Assembly (NCBI GenBank): GCA_051294375.1
Contig: JBJCIZ010000239.1
Location: 3,113,476 to 3,177,475 of the forward strand
DNA: 64,000 bases
Direction: 5' to 3'
Source of the DNA: Paraspadella gotoi
Taxonomy: Eukaryota > Animalia > Chaetognatha
Part shown: positions 38,655 to 52,164 of the stretch, piece after piece
Layout: each line of letters opens with the position of its first letter
Numbering within the stretch: the stretch's first letter is position 1
Notes under the pieces: model-generated
Databases searched by the model: none
Told to the model about the DNA's origin: nothing
What the model saw: only the letters and a program-made list of their open reading frames with translations
Made by a program: the position numbers and the translations under genes

Positions 38655-41600
38655 AGTTTCTTTCTTATTTCTTAGTTATTTTTTTTAGTTATCATTCATG
38701 TTCTTCAAACGACTTCCTTTCCTTTTATTTCTTTCTTTCCCTTCTTTCTCTTTTTTCTTATTCTTTTCTTTTCCTTCCTTCTTTTTCAATTTCCTCTCTT
38801 CCTCTTTTCATCATATTATGATATTTATTTTCGTTATTTAAGTCTTCCTCTCTGAAGTTTAATCAACTCAGCCTATTCACACACAAAAGAAACATACAAA
38901 AGAACGCACACAGAAACGCACACACAAAAATTTCTATTTCGAGTTAATCCGAAAAACATGAAACAATTCTCACAGACACAATTTTTTTTTTTTTCTTTTT
39001 TCAAAATTTCTCTCACCAACTTGTCCGTACGAAGCCGGGACGCAAGAAAAATGTTTTATTTTTTTTTATTACTACCGTATCTACGGACTCGCATGGAAAG
39101 CTTTGAATAGAGAATTGCCTTGTGTTTTACGAAAATGTTATCACTTACTAATGTGCGCTTTCGTTTACTCCGTCATAACTATTATTTTTAGTTTGCCTAC
39201 CCAATTACATACGAATGATTCAACCGATGATTTTTGTTTTTGCAGGTCATATTTTTGAGAATAAAATATATAAGATAGAAGAAAGAAAAAATAAAAAAAT
39301 AAAAATAAAGATAAAGAAAGTAAAGAAAGCAACAGAAAGAAAAGAAAGCAAAGAAAGAAAGAAAGAAAGAAAGAAGCAATAGAAAGAAAGAAAGATAACG
39401 AAAGAAAGAAAGACACAGAAAAATCTTCCCTGTTATTCAAGGCTAAACTTATTTTGATTTTTGCAATCAACGAAACTACGACGACGACGCACCGACGAAC
39501 GGACGACGAGACGACGACGGATGACGATGATGGGTCTAAGATACGACCAAAAAATTAACAGTTATTCTTTTTGGGGGGTTTTCTTCTCTTTGTAAGAAAG
39601 ATAAATATGGATTCAATTCAAAAAATATACAAACTGATGAGAGCAAGAGAGATGAGAGGAGAGAGAGCGAAGAGACAGAGAGAGAGAACGAGACGGAAGA
39701 GTAGAGAAGAACGAGATGACGGGAGAGAGAGAGAGAGGAAAAGAGACGAAAGAGAATCAACCCGTCCTTGTGGTCTCAATTTCGTCTTGTTGTACAAAAC
39801 TAGCATGGAGGCTCACTTGAAAAATTACACGTCAACGAAAATGATGAATCAATTGATGTCTTTAATTCAGCTATCTCTGATAATTGTTAACACAACATAT
39901 GCTAGTAATTCTGCGCCTATAATCCAGCCAATAAACATCCCTAAGAAAATATGACCCCATGGCCCTGCGACTGTTTCGACCCTCTGCAGCATGCAACTTA
40001 TTCAACGCACTTCGCGCAGCGGAGGCCAAAGCAATGAGCACCTGTTACATTTCTTGACTAACCCGCGTTCGAACCGCTTAAGAGTCGATTTTCTTTCGGA
40101 GGAAATTTATTTTGAAAAAATTGTTTGGGATTTTTTTTGAGTCTTTCACTGAGAAAACTATATCGCTTTTTTTGCCTTTCTCTCATAGGGTCGTTTATCT
40201 CCCCTGCGTCCCTGATTTTTCAGTTATAAATTTTTTTTCTGGCATTTGTGCCTTGAGACGACATGGCGATAGATCGTTGTAAACCTGTTTTTTGGGCGTG
40301 GCCCCTCGTCGCCTTACGTCGCCCGGCCATCGTTCAACGGCCAAAACGGCCCACCTCTGGCACCAAGCCTTCAGCGGCGCCAGCGGCGGAGGGGGGGGCG
40401 GGAGGTGGCCGGGGCAGTCGGTGGCGTCGGAGAGGCGGCGCGCGGAATAAAACACTTCTAGATGACCAGACGAAGAATGAAGAAGCAGGGACGGTCCAAG
40501 ATCAAAGTCAAATACAAGAGGCGCAGAAGGACCAAAGCAGAGGATATGGCAAAACCATCGGGGTGACTCAAACTGACATCACTATTGATAAAAAAAAAAT
40601 TCAGGCTACACAAAAATTTAACTTTTTTGAGCAGTGTCAAAAAAATTTTAATATCTTATGGTAATAAAAATCGTGCCTACAAAACAAACCGTTAACATCT
40701 AAACGACGCACCTAGAAATACTTTTTTTTTATAAATTATTCTTATCAGGAAAAGAGAGATGCTATTACAACTGTACCAATTCAATTCTTGACGCCTGCGA
40801 AGGAAGGAGGTTACCTGCGCACAGCCACGCGCATGAAGTGCGCCATTATTAGCAGGTCACAGTACTTACAAGGGACCAAAGGGCCCCCGGGGGGTCAAAG
40901 AGGGCAGTCTCTCAACACTGCCAACCTACCCAGGTCAAGGAAAAGGACGGGAAAAGATCACGTGCAAAGCTACCTTAAGGATATTCGTGTTCATAGCAAA
41001 CGTACGGCCAATCTTCCGAATCGCTGCAACTTTCCACGAATGAACGAAAACGTAGTAAGTCGATCGAGGACAAGCGCTTTAGCGGCAAACGTGTATGATG
41101 CGTAATATAGCCTATTTTTTCCGTTCAATCCAATTTTGTAAAAAATAAAAATTGAGCTAAACATTTGACATTATTTTCTGCCCGTCATCTAGGTAGATAT
41201 GTCCGAATTTGTTAACTACCGATCAACATTATTCACCAGGATCTTTGCAACATGTACCCCGGAACAGGCAGGCGATATCGTCCGGCCGTTTTAAAACGAC
41301 TTATGTGTATATTCCGTCGGCGTTATCATTGCACAACTTGGGATAGTCCGCCACTCAGTCGTAACATGTCATAAAGAACGTGGATCCCCGATTAGTAAAG
41401 TGGTGGGGATCTAAAATTAAATCGCTTCTTGTTTAAATATATCATGACTTTTTATGCTTTCAGAAACTGACGAGGAAGGAGGAGGAGCGCAGAGGAGGAG
41501 GGGAAGAAAACGCTAACGAGAGCAAACTGCCCAACAAACAACAATCAGAATTCGCCTCTATAAAACGCCAACGTCTACAACAGCCAACGCTCAACCGTGC

Positions 41601-42654
41601 AAACTAACAACAACGCAAGTGGGACCGGAAAAGAGCGATCGGCGTCCGTCGGCAGGGCGGCAAGGGCCCGGAGATAACGGCGTGGTCGCCGCCCAGTGCC
41701 GCAGGACGACGATGGAGTCTCTGATCTTCAATTCTCGGATTCGAATCTCCGTGAGGAACTGTAATCAGGACATGCGCCGTCGAGAGCCCATAGGCGGCCG
41801 GCCGCGGAGTTGTGAATCTCTATTATTAGGGCCTTAACATTACGGTAACTACAACAAGTAACGACGAGAGAAAGGACTTGACTCTTGACAAACGATTTTA
41901 GTTTGCAGAGTGATTTTTTTTGCACAATTAATAGCCGGCCGTATATAGAGGATTCAATTTACATCTGTGGTTGAAAACAGTTTGTTTGAACTGAAATACA
42001 ATTACTTTACTTAATTCACACCCGTAGTTTTTTATAACGTTTTTGGTCGTTTAGTGAAAGAATTGCCCTAGCGCGTTTGAATTGCCGTGCTCTTTGGATA
42101 AAATAAAAAAAGCTCATTGTTAATGCTTGTCAACATTTCAAAAAAGATAAAGAATTAGAATTGACCTTGACAATTGAAAAAAGTTGAAACCAATAACAAA
42201 TCCTAAACCTTATTTTGTTGTAGGGCAAGAAAAAATAACGGATAAGCTCGAAAAAGTAAAAACCGAGTTGTTTTTCCCGCCTTCTTCCCATTTTCGGCGT
42301 AAAAGAAAACCGTGATTTTATCAAGGAATACATATTTTGCGAGAATGATTCCCATATCGATTTACGAAGTTGTCGTATTTTTTTTAAAAATAAAGAAAAA
42401 AAAATAAGGAAAATTCCGGTGACATATTCTGTTTTGACTTTTAAATTAATATTTTATTTTATGGCAACGTAGGAAAAACGGATTGATCCGTGTAAATGTT
42501 TTTGTTAAGTTAATCGACTACTGACAGAACAGTTTAATGAAACCGTCTTATTGTAAGAGAAGAGAGAATTGATGAATGAATGAATGAATGATAATGAATG
42601 AATGAATGAAATGAATTGAATGAATGAATCTATTGGGTATACGGCCCTGGGCAC
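35679..42654 (-). repeat. Right (indel-riddled) arm of the inverted duplication; probable assembly artefact
   Basis: Reverse complement of 26398-32674 but ~700 bp longer because of scattered 1-2 nt insertions. Confidence 0.9.
40263..41754 (+). pseudogene. Frameshifted inverted copy of three-finger membrane protein 2 (more likely uncorrected read sequence than a true pseudogene)
   Basis: MAIDRCK start, QDQ...EAQKDQ, gatctttgcaa (DLCN) and ttcgaatctccgtga end are all present but the frames are broken every few codons. Confidence 0.7.
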
Positions 42655-44064
42655 TTAGCGCGGAGTTATAAATACACAAGAAAATTGATAAGAACATCTT
42701 GTGCCCTAGGCTATTTTTTTGAAAAACCACAGTTAAACTATTTACCTGAGATCGAGAGAAATCAAAAATTCGTTTTGGCCCATTCGCCCGTTCTATCGTA
42801 TTTTATTTAATGCGATATGCAGATGCAAAAAAAAATCGAAAAAATAACAAATTTAAAGATAGAAATAAAAAGTTGTGTAGACATTATTAAATTTTAGTAA
42901 AAGATAATAGCTAATCACAAGTATTTTAAAACTGTTTTTCTACTAAATAAAATTGTAAAAACTTGTATTAATTAATGTTTAAACTATTTTACATATTGGC
43001 AACTTTGTGAAAATACGAAAATTGTAAAAAAGACTAGAAAAGGATGGTTTATCAGAGAGTTTTAAAAGTCAAATTATATATGAAATAGAGAGGAGATATA
43101 TATACCCGTTTTCATTTGTAAAAATTTTTCCGTTTGTATTTATTATTTTTAATATTAAACATAAAGTTTTTACATTTTTATTTAAGGAACAAAAATAATA
43201 TAATTAAGGCGATGCAAGGAAATTAAAATGAATTTATGGATATAGTCCAGTAGGTATTTCAACTTCATAACATACAACAAAGAAAAAATAAAAAATTGNN
43301 NNNNNNNNNNNNNNNNNNNNNNNTATTTATACATTGGGCGACCGGGGATGAAAAAAACAATAAAAAACAGAAAAAAAAAAAAAGCGCCGCCGGAATGTGG
43401 ATCGACAATAGCTGTCAATTTTCTTCTCTGTCTCTACTCTCTCTCTCTCCGTCATCTCTCTCTCTCGCGTCATCTCTCCTCCTTCTCTCTCTTGCGTGCG
43501 TGGGGGGCTCTCTGCTCTCTCTCCTCTGGGGCTTCTCCCCGGTTGCCCGTTTTAGAAGACCGACGACGACGACGACGACAATCAGAAATGACTGCGTGGG
43601 GTCTCGCGCGTAAAATAAAACTTGTGAACGAATTAATGAATAAATCCGTCAGATCTGGCGGGCAAGTGCTTAACTAAGGAGGGGAAGGGAAGAACTCAAA
43701 TTCTGAACAGGTTCTGAAGCATATCAATTTAATGTGTGATAAAAATTATCTCACGTTTTCAAAAAGCTTGAAAAGTTTGATATCATCTAGATTATTAAAA
43801 AAAAATTAACTTCGTCATTTTCCGAACTTGATTATTAGCTTTTCTTGAAACGAGAGAANNNNNNNNNNTTAGTTTGCTGTTTTGTAATATTTGCTAGACT
43901 TGTAAAATGTACACATGAAAAATTCTGGGACAAAAAAAAACGAAAAAAAAGAGAGATAATGTTTGCGAAGACGACGATGACGACGACGACGTCGAGACAG
44001 AAAGAGGACGATCAAAGGGGCGTGGCGGAGGCGGCAACCGTCGGCGTCGGAGAGTCTCGACCCA

Positions 44065-44147
<83 letters not shown>

Positions 44148-44369
44148 GGCGCCAAGACTTCTTCTGCAAAATAAAATTGTTTCCTCTTCTGAGCGTTAAT
44201 CGCTTTTTCTTTCTTTCCAATTTTAAATTTTATTGACGAAATTAAATCTTTTTCGACACAAACTAGTTTTTTCTTTTCTTTTTTTCTTTTTTTTTTCTTC
44301 TTGATTGAGTCGTCGCGTCCACATCGAGACAAATCTCTCTTTCGAATACATTAGGGCGGATTCCTTCCT

Positions 44370-44565
44370 CTTTCTTTTCTTCTTCTCTTTTACCTATCTT
44401 TCTTCTCTCTTCTCTTTTTCCCTCTTATTTTTCTTCTCTTTTACCTATCTTTCTTCTCTCTTCTCTTCCTTCCTCTTACTTTTCTTCTTCTCTTTTTACC
44501 TATCTTTCTTCTCTATTCTCTTCCCTCCTCTTTCTTTTCTTCTTCTCTTTTTACCTATCTTTCTT
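44370..44565 (+). repeat. Pyrimidine-rich ~50 bp minisatellite (ttcttctcttttacctatctttcttc)
   Basis: Four recurrences of ttttacctatctttctt seen directly. Confidence 0.75.
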
Positions 44566-44971
44566 CCCTCTTCTCCTTTTTCTCGCCTTTCTTCTCTTCT
44601 CTCATCTCTTCCTTGACGTTTATTAACTTTTTATCGTCTTTCGCTGATATCGTCTTTTACAATTCACTCACTCACTCACTCACTCACTCCACTCACTCAC
44701 TCACTCACTCACTCACTCACTCACTCACTCACTCACTTTCTCACACGTTCCTCATATTTTCTCTCTCATCTCGATTTATTTACTTTCCCAATGTTTTAAT
44801 ATCTCAATTCTGCTTAGATATATAATCAACTTTCATTCCTCCCTCAACTCATCTTTTACAACTTTGGCTTTAACTTTATCCTCATCTTCTCTCAAATTGT
44901 TACCCAGCCGCCACCGCCGCCACCGCCTACTCGCCCTTGCCTCAGGGCTGTAGAAGATGTCATACCTTTAG

Positions 44972-45004
<33 letters not shown>

Positions 45005-45328
45005 AAACGCCTAGACACGACGATACTGTAAATTAGTCCGACGAGGAAATGCCATTTGCAAAGTCCTTTTTTTCGGGGGAAATCGATGCCCAAGGACGAA
45101 AACCGTTCCCCTTCGAGTGCCCATCGACGAACGCCCAACGACGAACGCTCAACGACGATCGTCTTTGACTCTTTCGTCTTTTCTCGAACGATTTTTAGTC
45201 GCAAATTAAAATGAAAAAAAAAGAAAAAAAAAGAAAAACTGACGAGAAGTCAAGTTTCTTTTCTCCTTTAATTAAAAAACCGAAAAACTCGTAAAAAAAG
45301 TCGAATTTGACGAAATGGAAATGGGTGA

Positions 45329-45403
<75 letters not shown>

Positions 45404-45769
45404 AGTGACTTTGAAGTCGACTCCTGATGTGTTACGAGGACTTCGGTTTAGGGTTGGGTGTGAAAAGGATACAAATAACATTAGGTTTTCGAGAAATTAA
45501 AATCAAATTTAAAGAAAAGAAAAAAAAACATTTCCTTAATTTCTGTCGTTTATTTATTTTTTTTTTTACTTCGCCGTTTGCGGTCGAGTATTCAGTCGTC
45601 GTCGTCGTCGTCGTCGTTGTAGTTGTCGTCGTCGTCGTCTTTTTTCCGCCGTGAAAGTCATCGTTTCCGAGGACCGAGAAAAAAGAGTTGAAAGTCTACC
45701 TGGGATTTTTTTTTTATCGGCGAATCGTGTTCGCTAATTTGTTTCTTTGTTTCGGTAATTTGTTTCCTT

Positions 45770-45900
45770 TTGTGACGCGCGAGAGGGCGCAGCGGGGAAT
45801 CCAGTCGCTTCGCCCCGCGTGACGTCGACCGGAAGTCGCGCCTTCGCCGATTTCCGACGCACCCCCGATCCGCGCGCCCTCTCGCCACTTCCACACTTCG
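45770..45900. promoter_or_regulatory. GC-rich promoter-like island with adjacent CRE-like and ETS motifs
   Basis: TGACGTC (45820-45826) next to CCGGAAGT (45829-45836); no linked CDS identified. Confidence 0.3.
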
Positions 45901-47317
45901 TCAGAATTCCTTCGTCACTCAATTTCCACAAACGATCGGAACTTTTTTTTTGACTTTTAAAACAAAGCAATTTACAAGAACATTTAAAACGATTGTTAGC
46001 ACAGAATTTACCGAATTAAAAGATAGTTGAAGGGGTCGATAAAGCAATAAAGGTCGCAATTCCACATTTTTGAGAGACTTAAATGACGATATATTCGGAA
46101 TCATGACGAGTTCTCTTACGCTTAATAGTCTCGACTCTTTTTAAAAGCTCCTCCCTTGATTTCATTGCTTGGCGGACTTCTTGTTACTTAGCTTACTTCG
46201 CTTGCCCTTTGGTTCCGCTTGTAGCGATGCTCTTTTTGGGTCAGCGACCTCTTCTGCATTTTACTTACCTCACGTGACCTCGTATAACGTCATCTGAAAC
46301 CGTATCAATTTTTACCGTTGAATCAGTTATGATTATTGATTTTGTATTCACTCTGTTTTTTCTCTCTCTCGCTTGATTTTCTATTCCTGGTTCAGTTCTG
46401 ATGCTTACATCGCACCCCTGTTCTCTAATCTCCTCTTTGCTCCCTGCTCTTCGCTTGCCTCAACCCAAGCTTTGCTCCCGATCGCTTCGAACGACCCCAA
46501 AAACTTCCGTCATTTTTTTTTCCCTCTCGTGTCTTCAATTTTTTTTTTCTATCCCGATTTTTCTTTTTTCGGTGTTTTAGCGCTTTTTTTTTTTTTTGTT
46601 TCGAGGGACAAAAAAAAAAAAGAAGCTTAAGTGAAAAAAAAAAGAGAAAGAACAAGATCCAGTCTCTTACTGAACAATAAGTAACGGGCTCGAGTTAATT
46701 CCTTTAATGCTTGAAATTTACTTCGCGATTTTGCCTCCTGCTCTTCCTCCTCCTCCTCCTCCTCCTCCTCCTCCTCCTCATTGGAAATGCGCTAAACTTA
46801 AAACTTAAATGCTGCAATAGTTAATAAAAGAGTTATTAAAACTCAATTATCTACCATTTTTCTTTTTAGCTTCATATTCTACGAAAAGTAAATAAAAATA
46901 CAAATTAATAAACCCGATCGACCGACCGACCTAAATTAGATTTAAAACCAATGCGTCGCATCAATCGACATTAAAAAAAAAAACAGATAATAAAAATTGA
47001 AAAAAAAAAAAGTCAAAAGCATCCTGTTGGTTTCATTATATTTTTTTTCTCAACTTTTTTGTTGTTCTTTTTTATTTTAATTTTATTTTAATTTTATTTT
47101 AATTTTATTTCATTCTTTGACTGACGCTAATTCCCGGTCGCCTGGTGTCCGCGGTTGACGACGACGACGACGACGACGACGACAAACCTTGAAGTAAATA
47201 AACTTTAAACATTTAATTTTGTAACACATTTTTTTCATCGTGATCAAGAAACTTTTTTTTAGAATTCAGTCGTGCATCTCATTGACTGATCGTCAGTATT
47301 GTCTGCTATATAATCGT

Positions 47318-47930
47318 TATCAGCGACTGTCATCTTTGTCCCCGACTGTCATCATTGTCACCGACTGTCATCGTTGTCAGCGACTGTCATATTTGTCATC
47401 TACTGTCAGCGTTGTCAGCTACTGTCAGCGTTGTCGGCGACTGTCATCGTTGTCAGCGTCTGTCATCGTTGTCGGCCACTGTCATATTTGTCATGTACTG
47501 TCAGCGTTGTCAGCTACTGTCAGCGTTGTCGGCGACTGTCGTCGTTGTCACCGACTGTCAATGTCGTCAGCAACTGTCATCATTGTCACCGACTGTCATC
47601 GTNNNNNNNNNNNNNNNNNNNNNNNNNNNNNNNNNNNNNNNNNNNNNNNNNNNNNNNNNNNNNNNNNNNNNNNNNNNNNNNNNNNNNNNNNNNNNNNNNN
47701 NNNNNNNNNNNNNNNNNNNNNNNNNNNNNNNNNNNNNNNNNNNNNNNNNNNNNNNNNNNNNNNNNNNNNNNNNNNNNNNNNNNNNNNNNNNNNNNNNNNN
47801 NNNNNNNNNNNNNNNNNNNNNNNNNNNNNNNNNNNNNNNNNNNNNNNNNTCATCGTTGTCAGCGACTGTCATCGTTGTCAGCGACTGTCTTCGTTGTCAG
47901 CGACTGTCATCGTTGTCAGCGACTGTCGTC
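47318..47930 (+). repeat. 19 bp minisatellite (gactgtcatcgttgtcagc)n spanning an assembly gap
   Basis: Units visible on both sides of the N run at 47603-47849. Confidence 0.9.
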
Positions 47931-50900
47931 TTTCCCGATCCTCATCATCGGATGAAATCGATGATGCGAAGGAAATAAATACGTCGGCTTTTTGACGGAA
48001 GTCGAGATGAGACGACGACGACGACGACGACGACGACGATAGAGGAGACACTAAAAACAATAACGACGACGACAACGCCGACGTCGTGATCCTACAACGT
48101 TTGATCTGCCGAATAGATTTGAAAACAACAAACTATTGGAATGAAATTATTTAAGTTAAAATATGTGAAAAAAACCTAATAATATTACAAATAAAATGTA
48201 TTATATTGGTTGTAACAAATTTCATAAAATGACTGAGGAAAATAAAATTTGGGAAATCTTTAAGAGGAAAGGTAGGAGTCTACGTCGTTCTTAGTAATCG
48301 AGGAAGACTTTTNNNNNNNNNNNNNNNNNNNNNNNNNNNNNNNNNNNNNNNNNNNNNNNNNNNNNNNNNNNNNNNNNNNNNNNNNNNNNNNNNNNNNNNN
48401 NNNNNNNNNNNNNNNNNNNNNNNNNNNNNNNNNNNNNNNNNNNNNNNNNNNNNNNNNNNNNNNNNNNNNNNNNNNNNNNNNNNNNNNNNNNNNNNNNNNN
48501 NNNNNNNNNNNNNNNNNNNNNNNNNNNNNNNNNNNNNNNNNNNNNNNNNNNNNNNNNNNNNNNNNNNNNNNNNNNNNNNNNNNNNNNNNNNNNNNNNNNN
48601 NNNNNNNNNNNNNNNNNNNNNNNNNNNNNNNNNNNNNNNNNNNNNNNNNNNNNNNNNNNNNNNNNNNNNNNNNNNNNNNNNNNNNNNNNNNNNNNNNNNN
48701 NNNNNNNNNNNNNNNNNNNNNNNNNNNNNNNNNNNNNNNNNNNNNNNNNNNNNNNNNNNNNNNNNNNNNNNNNNNNNNNNNNNNNNNNNNNNNNNNNNNN
48801 NNNNNNNNNNNNNNNNNNNNNNNNNNNNNNNNNNNNNNNNNNNNNNNNNNNNNNNNNNNNNNNNNNNNNNNNNNNNNNNNNNNNNNNNNNNNNNNNNNNN
48901 NNNNNNNNNNNNNNNNNNNNNNNNNNNNNNNNNNNNNNNNNNNNNNNNNNNNNNNNNNNNNNNNNNNNNNNNNNNNNNNNNNNNNNNNNNNNNNNNNNNN
49001 NNNNNNNNNNNNNNNNNNNNNNNNNNNNNNNNNNNNNNNNNNNNNNNNNNNNTCGTCGAAGCTCAGTTGACCGGAACTAAAGGTGGCGCCAAGAGGAGGA
49101 GGAGGAGGAGGAGGAGGACAACAACAACAACTTTGCCTTTGACTGTGATTATGGTTCGCCGCTCTTGTCTTTCGTTTCACAAGCAATGAAATGTCATTTG
49201 GAAATGAGATGTAGAAAAAGGCGAAGGGATATTGGCAAAAATGGCATTGAAAACACTCCATATTTATTGTTTGAACATTGACTATTTTATTGTTAAAATT
49301 CGTTGTTTCCAACAAATGAAAACTTTAACAAAGACGCGAAAATTTGGTATGACTATTTGATATGTGAATTTGAGTACATCTGTGCAGAAATAAAAAGCAA
49401 AAGCATTTGTAATTAGATATTTAAATATATATATAAAAAAACAATCTCAGAATTGAATATCAAGTCATTTATTTTATTATAATATTTTCCTCTCTTCTCC
49501 TCTTTTACCTCTTCACATCTTTGTAGACAACCTAATCCATTCCCCCAATTTTTTATCGTTCACCCCTTCCCCTCCTCCTACTCCGACTCCTCTTCCTCCT
49601 CCTACCCACCTCCTCCTCCTCCTCTTCCCCCTCTCTCTAACGCCAGACGCATCGTCGCCGACGCCCGTTCCACGTTACCGACGCTTGGCCGAACATCGAG
49701 CGACGATCGGCCGACACGGATNNNNNNNNNNNNNNNNNNNNNNNNNNNNNNNNNNNNNNNNNNNNNNNNNNNNNNNNNNNNNNNNNNNNNNNNNNNNNNN
49801 NNNNNNNNNNNNNNNNNNNNNNNNNNNNNNNNNNNNNNNNNNNNNNNNNNNNNNNNNNNNNNNNNNNNNNNNNNNNNNNNNNNNNNNNNNNNNNNNNNNN
49901 NNNNNNNNNNNNNNNNNNNNNNNNNNNNNNNAGAGAAAACAAGGCTGTCAATCACGTCGTCATTACGAGCTGAATTTGAATTTTAATGTGAGGATTTTGC
50001 GTTTCGTAGTTTCGAGTCAAATCTTGTCGGGTCAAACATTGTCGGGTCAAACATTGTCGGGAAGGGTCAGAACTGGTCGAGGGAAGAACTTTCATGGTCA
50101 TTTCAAGATAGCAAAAAGAGTTATGGATAAGGCGCTAAAGTGAGCTGAAAACAACTTGCCCTAACTTCTTAGCCAATGTTCGTAAGCAATAGAACGGNNN
50201 NNNNNNNNNNNNNNNNNNNNNNNNNNNNNNNNNNNNNNNNNNNNNNNNNNNNNNNNNNNNNNNNNNNNNNNNNNNNNNNNNNNNNNNNNNNNNNNNNNNN
50301 NNNNNNNNNNNNNNNNNNNNNNNNNNNNNNNNNNNNNNNNNNNNNNNNNNNNNNNNNNNNNNNNNNNNNNNNNNNNNNNNNNNNNNNNNNNNNNNNNNNN
50401 NNNNNNNNNNNNNNNNNNNNNNNNNNNNNNNNNNNNNNNNNNNNNNNNNNNNNNNNNNNNNNNNNNNNNNNNNNNNNNNNNNNNNNNNNNNNNNNNNNNN
50501 NNNNNNNNNNNNNNNNNNNNNNNNNNNNNNNNNNNNNNNNNNNNNNNNNNNNNNNNNNNNNNNNNNNNNNNNNNNNNNNNNNNNNNNNNNNNNNNNNNNN
50601 NNNNNNNNNNNNNNNNNNNNNNNNNNNNNNNNNNNNNNNNNNNNNNNNNNNNNNNNNNNNNNNNNNNNNNNNNNNNNNNNNNNNNNNNNNNNNNNNNNNN
50701 NNNNNNNNNNNNNNNNNNNNNNNNNNNNNNNNNNNNNNNNNNNNNNNNNNNNNNNNNNNNNNNNNNNNNNNNNNNNNNNNNNNNNNNNNNNNNNNNNNNN
50801 NNNNNNNNNNNNNNNNNNNCGGGAATCGACTAATAAACCCGGAAACTGGTCGGCCACGAGATTCTCAGTTAATTAGGCACATCGCGATATATATAAAAAA

Positions 50901-52164
50901 AANNNNNNNNNNNNNNNNNNNNNNNNNNNNNNNNNNNNNNNNNNNNNNNNNNNNNNNNNNNNNNNNNNNNNNNNNNNNNNNNNNNNNNNNNNNNNNNNNN
51001 NNNNNNNNNNNNNNNNNNNNNNNNNNNNNNNNNNNNNNNNNNNNNNNNNNNNNNNNNNNNNNNNNNNNNNNNNNNNNNNNNNNNNNNNNNNNNNNNNNNN
51101 NNNNNNNNNNNNNNNNNNNNNNNNNNNNNNNNNNNNNNNNNNNNNNNNNNNNNNNNNNNNNNNNNNNNNNNNNNNNNNNNNNNNNNNNNNNNNNNNNNNN
51201 NNNNNNNNNNNNNNNNNNNNNNNNNNNNNNNNNNNNNNNNNNNNNNNNNNNNNNNNNNNNNNNNNNNNNNNNNNNNNNNNNNNNNNNNNNNNNNNNNNNN
51301 NNNNNNNNNNNNNNNNNNNNNNNNNNNNNNNNNNNNNNNNNNNNNNNNNNNNNNNTGGTGGTCCGTTCAGGGGAGATGAATGAATAACCTGATCGCCAAT
51401 TAATTTATGGTGCATGCGGCGCTATGAGTAGTGAGAATGAGTGAGAGAGAGAGAGAGCNNNNNNNNNNNNNNNNNNNNNNNNNNNNNNNNNNNNNNNNNN
51501 NNNNNNNNNNNNNNNNNNNNNNNNNNNNNNNNNNNNNNNNNNNNNNNNNNNNNNNNNNNNNNNNNNNNNNNNNNNNNNNNNNNNNNNNNNNNNNNNNNNN
51601 NNNNNNNNNNNNNNNNNNNNNNNNNNNNNNNNNNNNNNNNNNNNNNNNNNNNNNNNNNNNNNNNNNNNNNNNNNNNNNNNNNNNNNNNNNNNNNNNNNNN
51701 NNGGAGAGAGGGCGCGGAGAGATACATAACTAGATCTTAATGCGAACCGTTGATTCTGCCAGACGCCAGAACCATTTGCCGATTTCAAATTTCAATAACT
51801 CTCTCTNNNNNNNNNNNNNNNNNNNNNNNNNNNNNNNNNNNNNNNNNNNNNNNNNNNNNNNNNNNNNNNNNNNNNNNNNNNNNNNNNNNNNNNNNNNNNN
51901 NNNNNNNNNNNNNNNNNNNNNNNNNNNNNNNNNNNNNNNNNNNNNNNNNNNNNNNNNNNNNNNNNNNNNNNNNNNNNNNNNNNNNNNNNNNNNNNNNNNN
52001 NNNNNNNNNNNNNNNNNNNNNNNNNNNNNNNNNNNNNNNNNNNNNNNNNNNNNNNNNNNNNNNNNNNNNNNNNNNNNNNNNNNNNNNNNNNNNNNNNNNN
52101 NNNNNNNNNNNNNNNNNNNNNNNNNNNNNNNNNNNNNNNNNNNNNNNNNNNNNNNNNNNNNNNN
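47603..52164. other. Gap-rich scaffold segment (several N runs)
   Basis: N runs at ~47603-47849, 48313-49052, 49722-49931, 50198-50819, 50903-51355, 51459-51702 and 51807-52164. Confidence 0.95.

Noticed and set aside
47240-47995. Cys-rich ORFs and a CRISPR-like periodic pattern
   Set aside because: A 19 bp tandem minisatellite with no unique spacers, in a eukaryotic context
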